Below, one piece after another: positions 40,413-49,769 of a stretch of 64,000 nucleotides of DNA (position 1 is the first letter of the stretch; every line of letters starts with the position of its first letter). Source of the stretch: Trueperaceae bacterium (GTDB lineage: Bacteria > Deinococcota > Deinococci > Deinococcales > Trueperaceae); assembly GCA_040905465.1 (NCBI GenBank), contig JBBDRK010000017.1:8208-72207 (forward strand), read 5' to 3'. The notes beneath the pieces were generated by a model. The model saw nothing but the letters and a program-made list of their open reading frames with translations, was not told where the DNA came from and did no database searches. The translations under genes and the position numbers were made by a program.

Positions 40413-41753
40413 TTGGAAGCATTCCTCGTGATTGCTGCCGTTCTCGCGGTAATCGCGTTCATGATCTTTGTCAACGCCCTTTACGTCGCGGCCGAGTTCT
40501 CCAGCGTCAGCGCCCGCCGTTCCCGCATCATGCATCTCGTCGCCGAGGGGAACCCCGCAGCACGAGCCCTGCTTCCTATCCTCCAAGATCGCACTCTGCT
40601 CGACCGGTACATCGCCGCCACCCAGGTCGGCATCACCCTCTCCTCGCTGGTGGTCGGTTTCTACGGTCAGGCGCAACTCACGCCCATCGTCGCGCCGCTG
40701 CTCACGCGCCTGGGAGTTTCGGAGCCCCTGTCGCGCTCGATCACCGTGACCGGGTTGCTCCTGGGGCTCACCTTCCTTCAAGTTATCTTCGGGGAGCTCC
40801 TGCCCAAGTCCGTGGCCCTGCGCTTCCCCGAGCGGCTCGCCATCCTGGTGGCGTACCCTATGCGTTGGTCTCTCGTCCTGTTGTGGCCGTTCATTGCCGT
40901 TCTCAACGGCTCGGCGCTCATAGTGCTGCGCCGTTTCGATCGCGCGGGCTTAGAGGAGAGCCACGTGCACCATCCAAACGAACTGGAGGCGATCTTTCGA
41001 GAGAGCGCCGAGGGCGGCCTCATCGACGCCGGCGAGCGCGACCTGCTCAGCAATGTATTCCATCTCAGCCAACGGGTCGCCAGGCAGATAATGATCCCGC
41101 GGCTGCGCATCGTTGCGGCAGCGATAGAAACGCCGCCCGGTGAGTTGCTTCGCGAGCTGATCGCGTCGCCGTACAGTCGCTTCCCGGTCTTCGAAGGCAC
41201 CATCGACCAGGTTCGCGGCTTCATTCACGTTCGCGAGCTGTACGCGGTGGCCAAGCGGGACGCTGACGGCGACCTCCGCAGTATCGTCCGTCCTCTCCCC
41301 ATCGTTCCCGAGTTCGTGTCGGTGACCGTCCTGTGGGCGCGCATGAGGCGCGAACGCAGCAGCATGGCCGCCGTATTCGACGAATACGGCGGCATGGCAG
41401 GGATGGTAACCATCGAGGACATCCTCGAGGAGTTGTTCGGCGAGTTCCAGGACGAGTTCGACCTGGAGCGCGAGCTGTATCGCGAAGAGCCGCTGGGACG
41501 GATCAGCCTCCGCGGCGACGCGTTGGTGTCGGAGGTGAATGAGCGCTATCTCCTGGCGCTGCCTGAGGAGCGCTCCGACACCATCGGTGGCCTGGTCATG
41601 GACCGCCTGGAGCGCGTGGCGCGCGAGGGGGACGAGGTCGAGGTGGCAGGCGTCAAGTTGCTGGTAACCGAGGTCGCGGGACAGGCCGTGAGCCAGGTAG
41701 AGTTCGCGCCCGCCGACGTCGAGCGCGATGAACGGGAGGCCGGCGGTGCGTGA
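40413..41753 (+). CDS. Hemolysin-family/CNNM (DUF21-CBS-CorC) membrane protein 1
   Basis: NALYVAAEFS, QVGITL, GELLPK, YSRFPV, DEYGG, EDILEELFGE. Confidence 0.92.
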   Translation: MEAFLVIAAVLAVIAFMIFVNALYVAAEFSSVSARRSRIMHLVAEGNPAARALLPILQDRTLLDRYIAATQVGITLSSLVVGFYGQAQLTPIVAPLLTRLGVSEPLSRSITVTGLLLGLTFLQVIFGELLPKSVALRFPERLAILVAYPMRWSLVLLWPFIAVLNGSALIVLRRFDRAGLEESHVHHPNELEAIFRESAEGGLIDAGERDLLSNVFHLSQRVARQIMIPRLRIVAAAIETPPGELLRELIASPYSRFPVFEGTIDQVRGFIHVRELYAVAKRDADGDLRSIVRPLPIVPEFVSVTVLWARMRRERSSMAAVFDEYGGMAGMVTIEDILEELFGEFQDEFDLERELYREEPLGRISLRGDALVSEVNERYLLALPEERSDTIGGLVMDRLERVAREGDEVEVAGVKLLVTEVAGQAVSQVEFAPADVERDEREAGGA

Positions 41754-43077
41754 GGTAGGCTTCCCGCTTCTGGTGGTAGCGTTGCTCATCATCCTCAACG
41801 GCGTGTTCGTGGCGGCTGAGTTTGCAACCGTAGCGGCCAGCGGACGGCGCTTGGCACAGGGCGACGGGGGTCGGACATGGACGGTCCGCTACGTACGACG
41901 TGTTTTGTCGAGCGCGGCGTCCCGGGATCGCTATATCGCGATTGCACAACTCGGTATCACGCTGGCCACTATCGGGCTGGGTATGTACGGAGAGCCCTCC
42001 ATCGCCGCATGGATCTACGGCCCGATCGAGGGGCTCTTCGGCATCGGCGAGGGGCTAGCCCACACCGCCGGCACTGTCGTCGCAGTCGTCGTTCTGACCT
42101 ACTTCCATGTGGTGGTGGGGGAGATGATCCCCAAGGCGATCGCGCTGCAGGCGCCCGAGCGGACCGCCGTCGGGGTCGCGCGGGTGATGCACCTCACCGG
42201 CATGCTCTTCTACCCACTGGTCGCGCTGTTGAACGCTGTCGCCACGGCCCTGCTTCGCCTGCTTCGGATACCCGTAAGCGGCGAGTCGCGCCACTACTCC
42301 TCGGCGGAGCTCGTGCACCTGATACAGGAGAGCCACGAGGAGGGTGCGGTGAGCGAGGAGGAACAGCGACTCATCCGCAACATCCTCGATTTCGGCGAGC
42401 GCCAGGTGCGCCAGGTGATGGTCCCGCGGGTGAGGTTGCGGGCGCTTCCCATCGATGCCGGGTGGGAGGAGGCGGGGAGGTTCCTCGCCGAATACCGCTT
42501 CACTCGATACCCCGTCTACCGCGGCCACCTGGACCGGGTGGTCGGCATCCTTCACGTCAAGGACTTCATCCGCCACGATGCCGCCGGTGAGCCCGTCGAT
42601 CTACGCGCCCTGGTGCGCCGCGTGCCGAGGATCCCCGAGACGCTGCCGATCGAGAACCTGCTCGAGTCGTTCAGGCGCCTGCACGTGCACATGGCGATCG
42701 TGGTGGACGAGTATGGCGGGACCAGCGGAATCGTGACCCTCGACGATCTTCTCGAGGAGGTGGTGGGCGAGGTGGACGATGAGTTCGGGGAACCCCAACC
42801 GCCCGAGGTAGAGCCGCTCCGTGACGGCAGGTTCCTGGTCGACGGGGCGTTACCGCTTCATCGCTTCAACGAGCATTTCGGCACGGCGTTGGAGGCGGAG
42901 GAGTCTACTACCGTGGCCGGTTTCATACTGGAGCGGCTGAAGCGCGTTCCGGTGACGGACGACGAAGTGACGACCGAGACCTTGATCCTGCGCGTCCAGG
43001 AGATAGAGGGCCAGGCAATCAGACGGCTGCTCGTCGAGATCCTGGCCGGCGGATCGGACCGGGGCGATGAGACGTAG
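41746..43077 (+). CDS. Hemolysin-family/CNNM (DUF21-CBS-CorC) membrane protein 2
   Basis: NGVFVAAEFA, QLGITLA, GEMIPK, DEYGGTSGIVT; GGGAGG RBS before GTG 41746. Confidence 0.92.
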   Translation: MREVGFPLLVVALLIILNGVFVAAEFATVAASGRRLAQGDGGRTWTVRYVRRVLSSAASRDRYIAIAQLGITLATIGLGMYGEPSIAAWIYGPIEGLFGIGEGLAHTAGTVVAVVVLTYFHVVVGEMIPKAIALQAPERTAVGVARVMHLTGMLFYPLVALLNAVATALLRLLRIPVSGESRHYSSAELVHLIQESHEEGAVSEEEQRLIRNILDFGERQVRQVMVPRVRLRALPIDAGWEEAGRFLAEYRFTRYPVYRGHLDRVVGILHVKDFIRHDAAGEPVDLRALVRRVPRIPETLPIENLLESFRRLHVHMAIVVDEYGGTSGIVTLDDLLEEVVGEVDDEFGEPQPPEVEPLRDGRFLVDGALPLHRFNEHFGTALEAEESTTVAGFILERLKRVPVTDDEVTTETLILRVQEIEGQAIRRLLVEILAGGSDRGDET

Positions 43078-43089
43078 TTGCTGCTCAAA

Positions 43090-43121
43090 TGCCATGACAT
43101 TTAAGTGCCATGACGTTCAAG
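43090..43121. repeat. Two tandem 16-bp units
   Basis: TGCCATGACATTTAAG / TGCCATGACGTTCAAG. Confidence 0.7.
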
Positions 43122-43299
43122 CGAGTGCCAAGGAGGTCGAGCAGCAACGGCTGGTGGAGTACGTAGCTGACTCCTGGGACATGGCGGATCGCCTCCGCTC
43201 CGTGCCCACGCCCGGCCACGAGGGGCAGTACGCTGAACTGCCGCTACGGGCCGCTTATGCCAACTATGAGCCTCAGGGGGCGGAGGGGCGGAAACAGCC

Positions 43300-43430
43300 T
43301 CTGTTCGAGACCGGGCTCCCTACCCGCTACTACATTCCCGCCATGGACGCGCGGCTGGATCTGCTCGAGCCGAGCGACCGTACCAGCGGCTGCCCATATA
43401 AAAGGGCACGCCAACTATTACAACGTTCGG
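43300..43430 (+). pseudogene. DUF427 fragment, paralog of 28600-28730
   Basis: LFETGLPTRYYIPAMDARLDLLEPSDRTSGCPYK, then frameshifted GHANYYNV. Confidence 0.8.
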
Positions 43431-43435
43431 GCAGG

Positions 43436-43580
43436 GGCAGGAGCGATCGCCTAACGACAGGCCTGCACGTCGAGTAAGCGGACGTAGTTCTCCGCCAAGA
43501 TAGGCGAGCTCTTCAGAGAACGACTCGACCGGCACGCCGAGCCCACCAAGGGCTTCCCGAACATCGTCGATCGGCACGCC
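43436..43580 (-). pseudogene. Internal fragment of a VapC/PIN toxin
   Basis: ELAYLGGELRPLTRRAGLSLGDRSC motif. Confidence 0.7.
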
Positions 43581-43585
43581 CCAGT

Positions 43586-43678
43586 CAGATCACGGCGGCA
43601 GCGGTACCGGTACTTCTCGCCGGCTGGATCGCGCAGCGGCAACTGGTATCCGGCCTCACCATGGGAGCCGTGAAGTGA
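43586..43678 (+). pseudogene. C-terminal remnant of a polyol-type ABC permease
   Basis: Own translation: AAAVPVLLAGWIAQRQLVSGLTMGAVK*; its last 24 nt also occur at 30783. Confidence 0.7.
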
Positions 43679-43691
43679 TGGATGACCGGTA

Positions 43692-44030
43692 GTGGTGGTC
43701 GACGCGACCGGGGTGCCGGCGGTGCTCGAGTCGGCGGTAGCTCGGGCTCGCTCGGCCGGCACGGTCTGGGTCTTCGGCGTGGCAGCCGAGGACGCCCGCA
43801 TCTCGGTTTCGCCCTTCGAATTTTTCCGGCGCGATCTGAGCCTGATTGGCTCGTTCGCTGTGAACGGCACCTTCCCGGAGGCCATTTCGCTGGTTCGCTC
43901 GGGCCGAGTTCGGACCGGTCCTCTGGTTTCGCACGTTTTGCCTATTGAGCGCTTTGGCGAGGGGATGGAGATCGCTCGGAGTGACCCCGACCGGATGAAG
44001 GTGCAGTTCCGGCTGGGTAAGGAGTCGTGA
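43692..44030 (+). pseudogene. C-terminal third of zinc dehydrogenase 1 (second copy)
   Basis: VVVDATGVPAVLE...; about 14 differences in 283 bp versus 31252-31534. Confidence 0.85.
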
Positions 44031-44650
44031 TCCGGGGAGAGCACTCCCTTGTTGGCTCGGCAAACGCTGGGAGTGCAGGCTCCGGTTCGCAAACCCGCTC
44101 GTCCGAGACGGATCCGCCAAGTGAGGGGCGAGCGGCGCGCCGGGTCGCTATCGATGCTCCCGATTCCGTTCGTCTCGAGCGCTTCGGACCGGCGGAGCGG
44201 CCACCCGCGCTCAACGCCCGGGTCGAAGTCTCGCTGGTCGGCATCTGCGGCTCGGACCTCCACGTTCTGGCCGGCCACCACCCCTTCGTGAACTATCCCG
44301 TCCTGCCCGGGCACGAGCTGGTGGGCGTGGTTAGCGCAGTGGGAGACGACGTCGATCACGCGCTGCTCGGTCACAGGGTGACGGTTGAGCCCTCGCTCTA
44401 CTGCAGGGAGTGCAGAGCCTGCCGGCGAGGCGAATACAACATCTGCGAGCACCTGAGGGTGATGGGCTTCCAGGCACCGGGAGGAATGGCGGACCTCATC
44501 GATGTACCCGCACACCGGCTGCACCTGCTGCCCCAGTCGCTGACCGATGACCTGGCCGTGCTGTCTGAGCCCCTGGCGGTGGCTGTTCGCGCCGTGAGGG
44601 TGGCGGACATACGGCAAGGGGACGAGGTAGCGGTGGTGGGCACCGCAGAA
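44027..44650 (+). pseudogene. Zinc dehydrogenase 2, truncated at the Rossmann GxG motif
   Basis: GICGSDLH, PGHELVG, CRECRAC...C, EPLAVA, VAVVG; the ORF then reads antisense through vapC. Confidence 0.85.
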
Positions 44651-44685
44651 GGACGACCCCATTCTCGCCGCCTCGAAAAGCTGGG

Positions 44686-45102
44686 TCAGAACGGGTTGTG
44701 GATGACGATTCCCGAGTGGTTGCGGCCGTCCTGCATGTCCTCACTAAATATGCGCTCCGCGCCTGCGGCCAGTGCCGCCTCCACGATCAAAGCGTCCCAC
44801 AGCGAGAGCATGTCGGTTTCACTTCGCTCGGCGGCCCGCACAATCATCTTGGCGTCGATCTCGGTTGGCGAGAAGGCGCTGAGCCGGCGCACGACGTCGA
44901 CCGCGTCGGTTGGGGGCAGGGGGTCGGCCAGCTTTCGAGTCACTGTCACATAGAACTCTTGGAGCACCTGGGTGCTCAGCAGGAGAGCGTCAGCAGTTGC
45001 GTGACGGTGGAACAGTTCTTGCGCCGTGCGCTTCTTGTCGGGCGACGATTCGTCGAACAGGTAGACGAGGACGTTCGTGTCGAAAAACGTGCGAGGCGTC
45101 AC
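44686..45102 (-). CDS. vapC: PIN-domain VapC toxin
   Basis: FFDTNVLVY, STQVLQEF, SLWDALIVEAA, SEDMQDG. Confidence 0.92.
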   Translation of the reverse strand: MTPRTFFDTNVLVYLFDESSPDKKRTAQELFHRHATADALLLSTQVLQEFYVTVTRKLADPLPPTDAVDVVRRLSAFSPTEIDAKMIVRAAERSETDMLSLWDALIVEAALAAGAERIFSEDMQDGRNHSGIVIHNPF

Positions 45103-45329
45103 CGCTCATGTAGCTCTTCGCGCGTCCAGCGCCTGCCACGGCTCGCGGACCGGGCAGAATGCGAGACAGTGAGAATCGCCTCGGTCGCTTCCTCGCGTTC
45201 CCTCGACAGTCCGGCATACGATGCCAGAAACTCGCTCAAAATCGCGTTGACCGAGGTACCCTCCTCGATGGCGCGAATGCGTGCGCGCTTCAGAGCTTCC
45301 CGGTCGACTGCTATCGTGATGTTTGCCAT
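45099..45329 (-). CDS. vapB: RHH-type antitoxin (VapB-like)
   Basis: MANITIAVD...ARIRAIEEGTSVNAIL...WTREELHER; 4-nt overlap with vapC. Confidence 0.85.
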   Translation of the reverse strand: MANITIAVDREALKRARIRAIEEGTSVNAILSEFLASYAGLSREREEATEAILTVSHSARSASRGRRWTREELHER

Positions 45330-45577
45330 GAGCGCTCCTCGTGCTATACGACATCAGTGTAGCACGACCACCCAGGTTCCGCCCATTCCTCCGCGCCGCG
45401 GATCTGCTCCACGATCTCTTCCCGTAGCGGGGGCGCCACCGCGACCAACGGCACCTCGAGCGCGCGCAGCTCGCCGGCCGAGGGTGCTCAGCCTTTCTCC
45501 ATGGCTTTGCCTCAGTTGGTTCACAGAGCAGTAGCGCAAGCAAGGTGGCGTTCTGGACGTTCCCGGTCGACCTGGTC

Positions 45578-45814
45578 TTATCTTCGCTCCACGGCACGCA
45601 ACATCCTCATCCTCCTCGCCGTTGCTTCCTCACGTGCCTCGTTCGCCTGGTCCAGTGAGCGGAAGCGATAGATTCCAGGTTCGAAGAGCTGGGGGCAGTT
45701 TGCCGGCGCCAGCGAAACTAGTTCGAGCATTCGCGCCAGCGCGGACGGCGCATCCAACGGTTCGGGTGTCGCACTGTTGGCTTGGTCTATAGACGAGTAA
45801 CGCTCCAATGCCAT
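45578..45814 (-). CDS. Small hypothetical protein coupled to the nucleotidyltransferase
   Basis: TGATG overlap; PGIYRFRSLDQAN motif. Confidence 0.65.
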   Translation of the reverse strand: MALERYSSIDQANSATPEPLDAPSALARMLELVSLAPANCPQLFEPGIYRFRSLDQANEAREEATARRMRMLRAVERR

Positions 45815-46308
45815 CAGTCTTCCTCATTCCCTGCATTCCGCCCTAGGTGAAAGGCTCGAGCCAGGCGACTTGCGTCATCTTGATCCCTTGCCCGTGCGGT
45901 CCGATGTTTCATGATGTACAGGCTCTCTGGCGTGGCGACTCGCACCGTCACACCATCGAGATCGATTACCTGCCAGTTGGCGTCCTCGTATGCGAATGCA
46001 GTACCCAGCCTGCTAATGAAGTCGATTGGCGGACTGTCTCCGGGGGGAACGTATCGGATGACTGGATAGTTGCCCGCGAGGTCGGCTGCCTCTATCTTCT
46101 CGATCTCCGGATCGTCGTAGATCGATCGGAGCGCAAGCCGCAGCCGTTCAACGTTGTCGGCGCTGGGGTCCAGCAAAAGGTCTACATCCTCTGTGGCCCT
46201 TACGAGACCGTGAAGGTTCAGGGCCAATCCGCCGATGAGGACGTAGCCGACTCCGGCTTCCGACAGGGCGCGCAACAGGCTCACAATTTGAGTTCGGTCC
46301 ACTAACAA
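45814..46308 (-). CDS. Nucleotidyltransferase-fold protein (AbiEii/DUF6036-like)
   Basis: YVLIGGLALNLHGLVRATEDVDLL...MK...RARDQDD. Confidence 0.8.
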   Translation of the reverse strand: MLVDRTQIVSLLRALSEAGVGYVLIGGLALNLHGLVRATEDVDLLLDPSADNVERLRLALRSIYDDPEIEKIEAADLAGNYPVIRYVPPGDSPPIDFISRLGTAFAYEDANWQVIDLDGVTVRVATPESLYIMKHRTARARDQDDASRLARAFHLGRNAGNEED

Positions 46309-46530
46309 ATCATCTCACGAATGTATGCGCTCAACGTCGGCGACTTTCCGAACGACGAGACGGCCTTGACGATTGCATCCTCAGGCGTAGACTCGATCGA
46401 AGGCCCACGGCTTCAATACAAGTCCCATGAGTCAGGATCGGGAGAAGCGCGGCGGGCTATCCTTCATGGCAACCGACAACAAGGGTATAGGCTCGACGCC
46501 TTCTAAGATCGCCTCGCCCCCTCAGTTCTG

Positions 46531-46576
46531 TTGACAGCAGACGAACCTGCCGCTACACTCCCTGCTAGCGCTAACA
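46531..46576 (+). promoter_or_regulatory. sigma70-like promoter plus LacI-type operator of the sulfatase
   Basis: TTGACA-N17-TACACT; TGCTAGCGCTAACA at 46563-46576. Confidence 0.75.
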
Positions 46577-46633
46577 CACTACTCGGGCCACCCGCCCGGC
46601 CGTTCACCCGCTCGCCTCCAGGGAGTACCGTCG

Positions 46634-48124
46634 ATGAAAGCTGTCATGGTCATGTTCGACACCCTCAACCGGCGCATGCTGCCGGCATACGGGTGCGACT
46701 GGGTCCACGCCCCCAACTTCGATCGCCTCGCCGCGAAGTCCGTCACCTTCGACAACGCCTGCGTGGGCAGCATGCCGTGCATGCCCGCCCGCCGGGATCT
46801 GCACACGGGGCGCTACAACTTCCTGCACCGCAGCTGGAGCCCGCTCGAGCCGTTCGACAACTCGATGCCGCAGATCCTCCGCCAGAACGGCGTCTACACC
46901 CACTTGATAACCGACCATCAGCACTATTGGGAGGACGGCGGCGCCACCTACCACAACCGTTACAGCAGTTACGAGTTCGTGCGCGGCCAGGAGGGCGACC
47001 TCTGGAAGGGGGTCGTCGAGCCGGACTTCGACATCCCTCCGTACGAGCGAACCCCCTCGGCTCACGAGAATCGGGACGAGGGGGTCCGGCTGTGGCAGCA
47101 GGACTGGATCAACCGAAGCTACATGCCCACGCCGGCGGAGCAGCCGCAGACGATCGCCTTTTCGCTGGGGCTCGAGTTCCTCGAGACCAACGCCCGCGCC
47201 GACGACTGGTTCCTGCAGCTCGAGACTTTCGATCCCCACGAGCCGTACTTCACCCATCAGAAGTACAAGGATCTCTACCCGCACGATTACGAGGGACCGC
47301 ACAGCGACTGGCCGCCCTACCATGCCGTGCGGGAGTCCCCGGAGGAGGTCGAGCACCTCCGCTACCAGTACGCCGCCCTGCTCAGCATGTGCGACGAGCA
47401 ACTCGGCCGCGTCCTCGACACCTTCGACCGGCTCGACCTGTGGCAGGACACCATGCTGATCGTCTGCACCGACCATGGATACCTGTTGGGCGAGCACGGC
47501 TGGTGGGCGAAGAACATCCAGCCCTGGTACAACGAGAACGCCCACATCCCGCTGTTCGTGTGGGATCCGCGCAGTGGCAAGGCGGGTGAGCGCCGGCAGA
47601 GCCTGGTGCAGATGATCGATTTCCCGGCCACACTGCTCGAGTACTTCGGCCAGCCGCTGCCGCCGGAGATGCAAGGGCTTCCGCTTGCCGGCACCACCGA
47701 TCACGATGCGGGCGTGCGTGAGGCGGCGCTGTTCGGCATTCACGGTGGGCACGTCAACGTTACCGACGGTCGTTACGTATACATGCGGGCGCCCGTGAGC
47801 TCGGACAACCAACCGCTGTACGAATACACCCTCATGCCCAGCCACATGCGCTCGATGTTCTCGGTCGAGGAGCTCCAGCAGCTGGAGCTGGCGCCGCCGT
47901 TCTCCTTCACCAAGGGCTGCCCGACCATGAAGGTGCCGGCCCGCCCGTGGCTCAACCCACATCGGTTTGGAACGCTGCTATTCGACCTGGAGAACGATCC
48001 GGCACAGGAGCAGCCGCTCGACGATCCGGAGGTGGAGGAGATGATGATCGGCCACCTCACCAGGCTGATGAAGGCCAACGACGCTCCCGCGGAGCAGTTC
48101 GAGCGGCTGGGCCTGGCCGGATAG
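46634..48124 (+). CDS. Cys-type formylglycine-dependent sulfatase (cytoplasmic)
   Basis: FDTL, CMPARRDLHTGR (CxPxR), DPHEP, TDHG...K; no signal peptide. Confidence 0.92.
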   Translation: MKAVMVMFDTLNRRMLPAYGCDWVHAPNFDRLAAKSVTFDNACVGSMPCMPARRDLHTGRYNFLHRSWSPLEPFDNSMPQILRQNGVYTHLITDHQHYWEDGGATYHNRYSSYEFVRGQEGDLWKGVVEPDFDIPPYERTPSAHENRDEGVRLWQQDWINRSYMPTPAEQPQTIAFSLGLEFLETNARADDWFLQLETFDPHEPYFTHQKYKDLYPHDYEGPHSDWPPYHAVRESPEEVEHLRYQYAALLSMCDEQLGRVLDTFDRLDLWQDTMLIVCTDHGYLLGEHGWWAKNIQPWYNENAHIPLFVWDPRSGKAGERRQSLVQMIDFPATLLEYFGQPLPPEMQGLPLAGTTDHDAGVREAALFGIHGGHVNVTDGRYVYMRAPVSSDNQPLYEYTLMPSHMRSMFSVEELQQLELAPPFSFTKGCPTMKVPARPWLNPHRFGTLLFDLENDPAQEQPLDDPEVEEMMIGHLTRLMKANDAPAEQFERLGLAG

Positions 48125-48224
48125 CCTCAGCTGTAGCACCGGCGTCTGGCGTGGCTGAGAGGAGCAGCGCGGCCGCTCCATCTTCGTTCTCCATCAAATC
48201 GAGCTTCTCGTGCTCTTCTGGGAG

Positions 48225-48827
48225 CTATTCCCCCGCCTTCACCTTCATACGCATTCGCTCTACCAACCTCGGTTCGATCTCGTTCCACTCGGGTGCCACT
48301 ATCGAATACAGAATCGTATTCCTGTAGGTGCCGTCTTTTGCGAGCATATGACGGCGCAAGCGGCCCTCTTCGGTAGCCCCCAATTTCTCGAGGGACCGCC
48401 TCGAGGCTGTGTTGCGTTCGTCGACCTAAAATTGGACTCGATTCATTCCGAGCTCTTCGAATGCGTATTGGAGAAGGAGGTACTTCGACTCGAGATTCGT
48501 CCCGTCACCGTGGTGGCGGGGAGCGATCCAGCTGTAACCGATGGAACAGCGACGGTTGCCGAGATCGATCTCGTTCAGCCGCGTGGTTCCCACCACGGCG
48601 CCGTTCTCCTTGTGCACTATCGCAAATGGCAGAGCCGTTCCGGCATCGCGGTTGGCGAAGGCCTGGCCGAAGTAATCATCTCGTTCTGCATCGGTTCGAG
48701 GCGTCGAGGTCCACACGAAGGCGTCGGGCGATTTCGTGGCGATCAGCATCAACGAGGCCAGGTGTTCCGGCACGAGAGGGCTGAGATAAACCGAGTTCCC
48801 GCGCAGGACGGGTTGATGCTGGCTCAT
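48225..48827 (-). pseudogene. RimJ/RimL-type GNAT acetyltransferase with in-frame TAG
   Basis: IGYSWIA...NLESKYLLLQYAFE...RVQF*VDERNTASRRSLEKLGATEEG...; stop at 48426-48428. Confidence 0.85.
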
Positions 48828-48934
48828 TGAGGAGGAGAGGCTCCTTTGTGCGGCAAACCACGGCCGCTTTCGAAGTTACCGGGTTAACGGGTAGCGACTG
48901 CTCGTTACTCGCCCGGACCGACTGAGGGAGGGTC

Positions 48935-49465
48935 TTACCGAGCCTGGACGAAAAGGGCAACAGAATCGGCTATCCGCCGGCTCGATGCCTCGAGCTCATC
49001 GAACATCGCCCGCCTCGCCGCCGCCGGATCCCGCGATTCGATCGCTTCTACTATCTTCAGGTGGCGTTCGCGCATCTCGACCTCTTGGCGTTGATCGGAA
49101 ACCTGTGCGAGCACGCGGAGCATGTCGTCGAAGAGGCGCGAGATGCTGTCCACCAGGCGGGAGTTGTTGGTCGATTCGGCTATGAGCATATGGAAGGCCC
49201 GGTTGGTTATTGCCAGTTTTCGCCCATCTACCACGCCGTCGGTAGAGTTGTCCTTGAGTGCGAGTTCCCGGAGTTGTCGAACCTGGTCTGGCCGCATCTG
49301 CTGGCTGGCGCGTTCCGCCGCCGCCCCTTCGAGCAGTGAGCGAAGGAAGACGATCTCCTGTGCGTCGGCGAGCCCGAGCGAGTTGATCAAGTAACCCTGC
49401 CTCGCCTTGACCGATATCAGCCCGGCCTCTATCGCTCGGGCCAAGGCGTAGCGCACTGGCGACCG
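48935..49465 (-). pseudogene. GntR regulator lacking its N-terminus
   Basis: Begins mid-HTH at RSPVRYAL...RQGY; FCD domain intact. Confidence 0.8.
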
Positions 49466-49769
49466 AACGGCAAGGGCGAAGGGCTTGCGCAACCGTGTGG
49501 TCGTATATAGGCACGCCTTGCGTAACGCCCTCCCCCCGGTAGTGACTGTCATCGGCATACAGGTGGGCAATCTACTGGGCGGGTCGGTGGTCACCGAAAC
49601 CGTGTTTGCCTGGCCGGGAATCGGACGCTACGCCTATCTGGCAATGATGCAGCGCGACTACACGACGGTGATGGGCAGCCTGTTCCTCTTTTCGCTCATC
49701 TATATGGTCATCAACCTACTCACCGACTTGTCCTACGGCTGGCTGGATCCCCGCGTTCGCTATGGCTAA
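49464..49769 (+). pseudogene. C-terminal third of a DppB/OppB-like permease
   Basis: RTARAKGL...HALRNAL...TETVFAWPGIG...LDPRVRYG; no N-terminal part. Confidence 0.85.

Noticed and set aside
40413-43077. Tandem hemolysins as virulence factors
   Set aside because: The DUF21-CBS-CorC architecture is the CNNM/CorB metal-transport family, and tandem pairs are known in other bacteria.
46604-47962. Long antisense ORFs (also 25308-26642, 5869-7005, 61260-62630)
   Set aside because: Shadow frames of GC-rich genes on the opposite strand, with no recognisable motifs.
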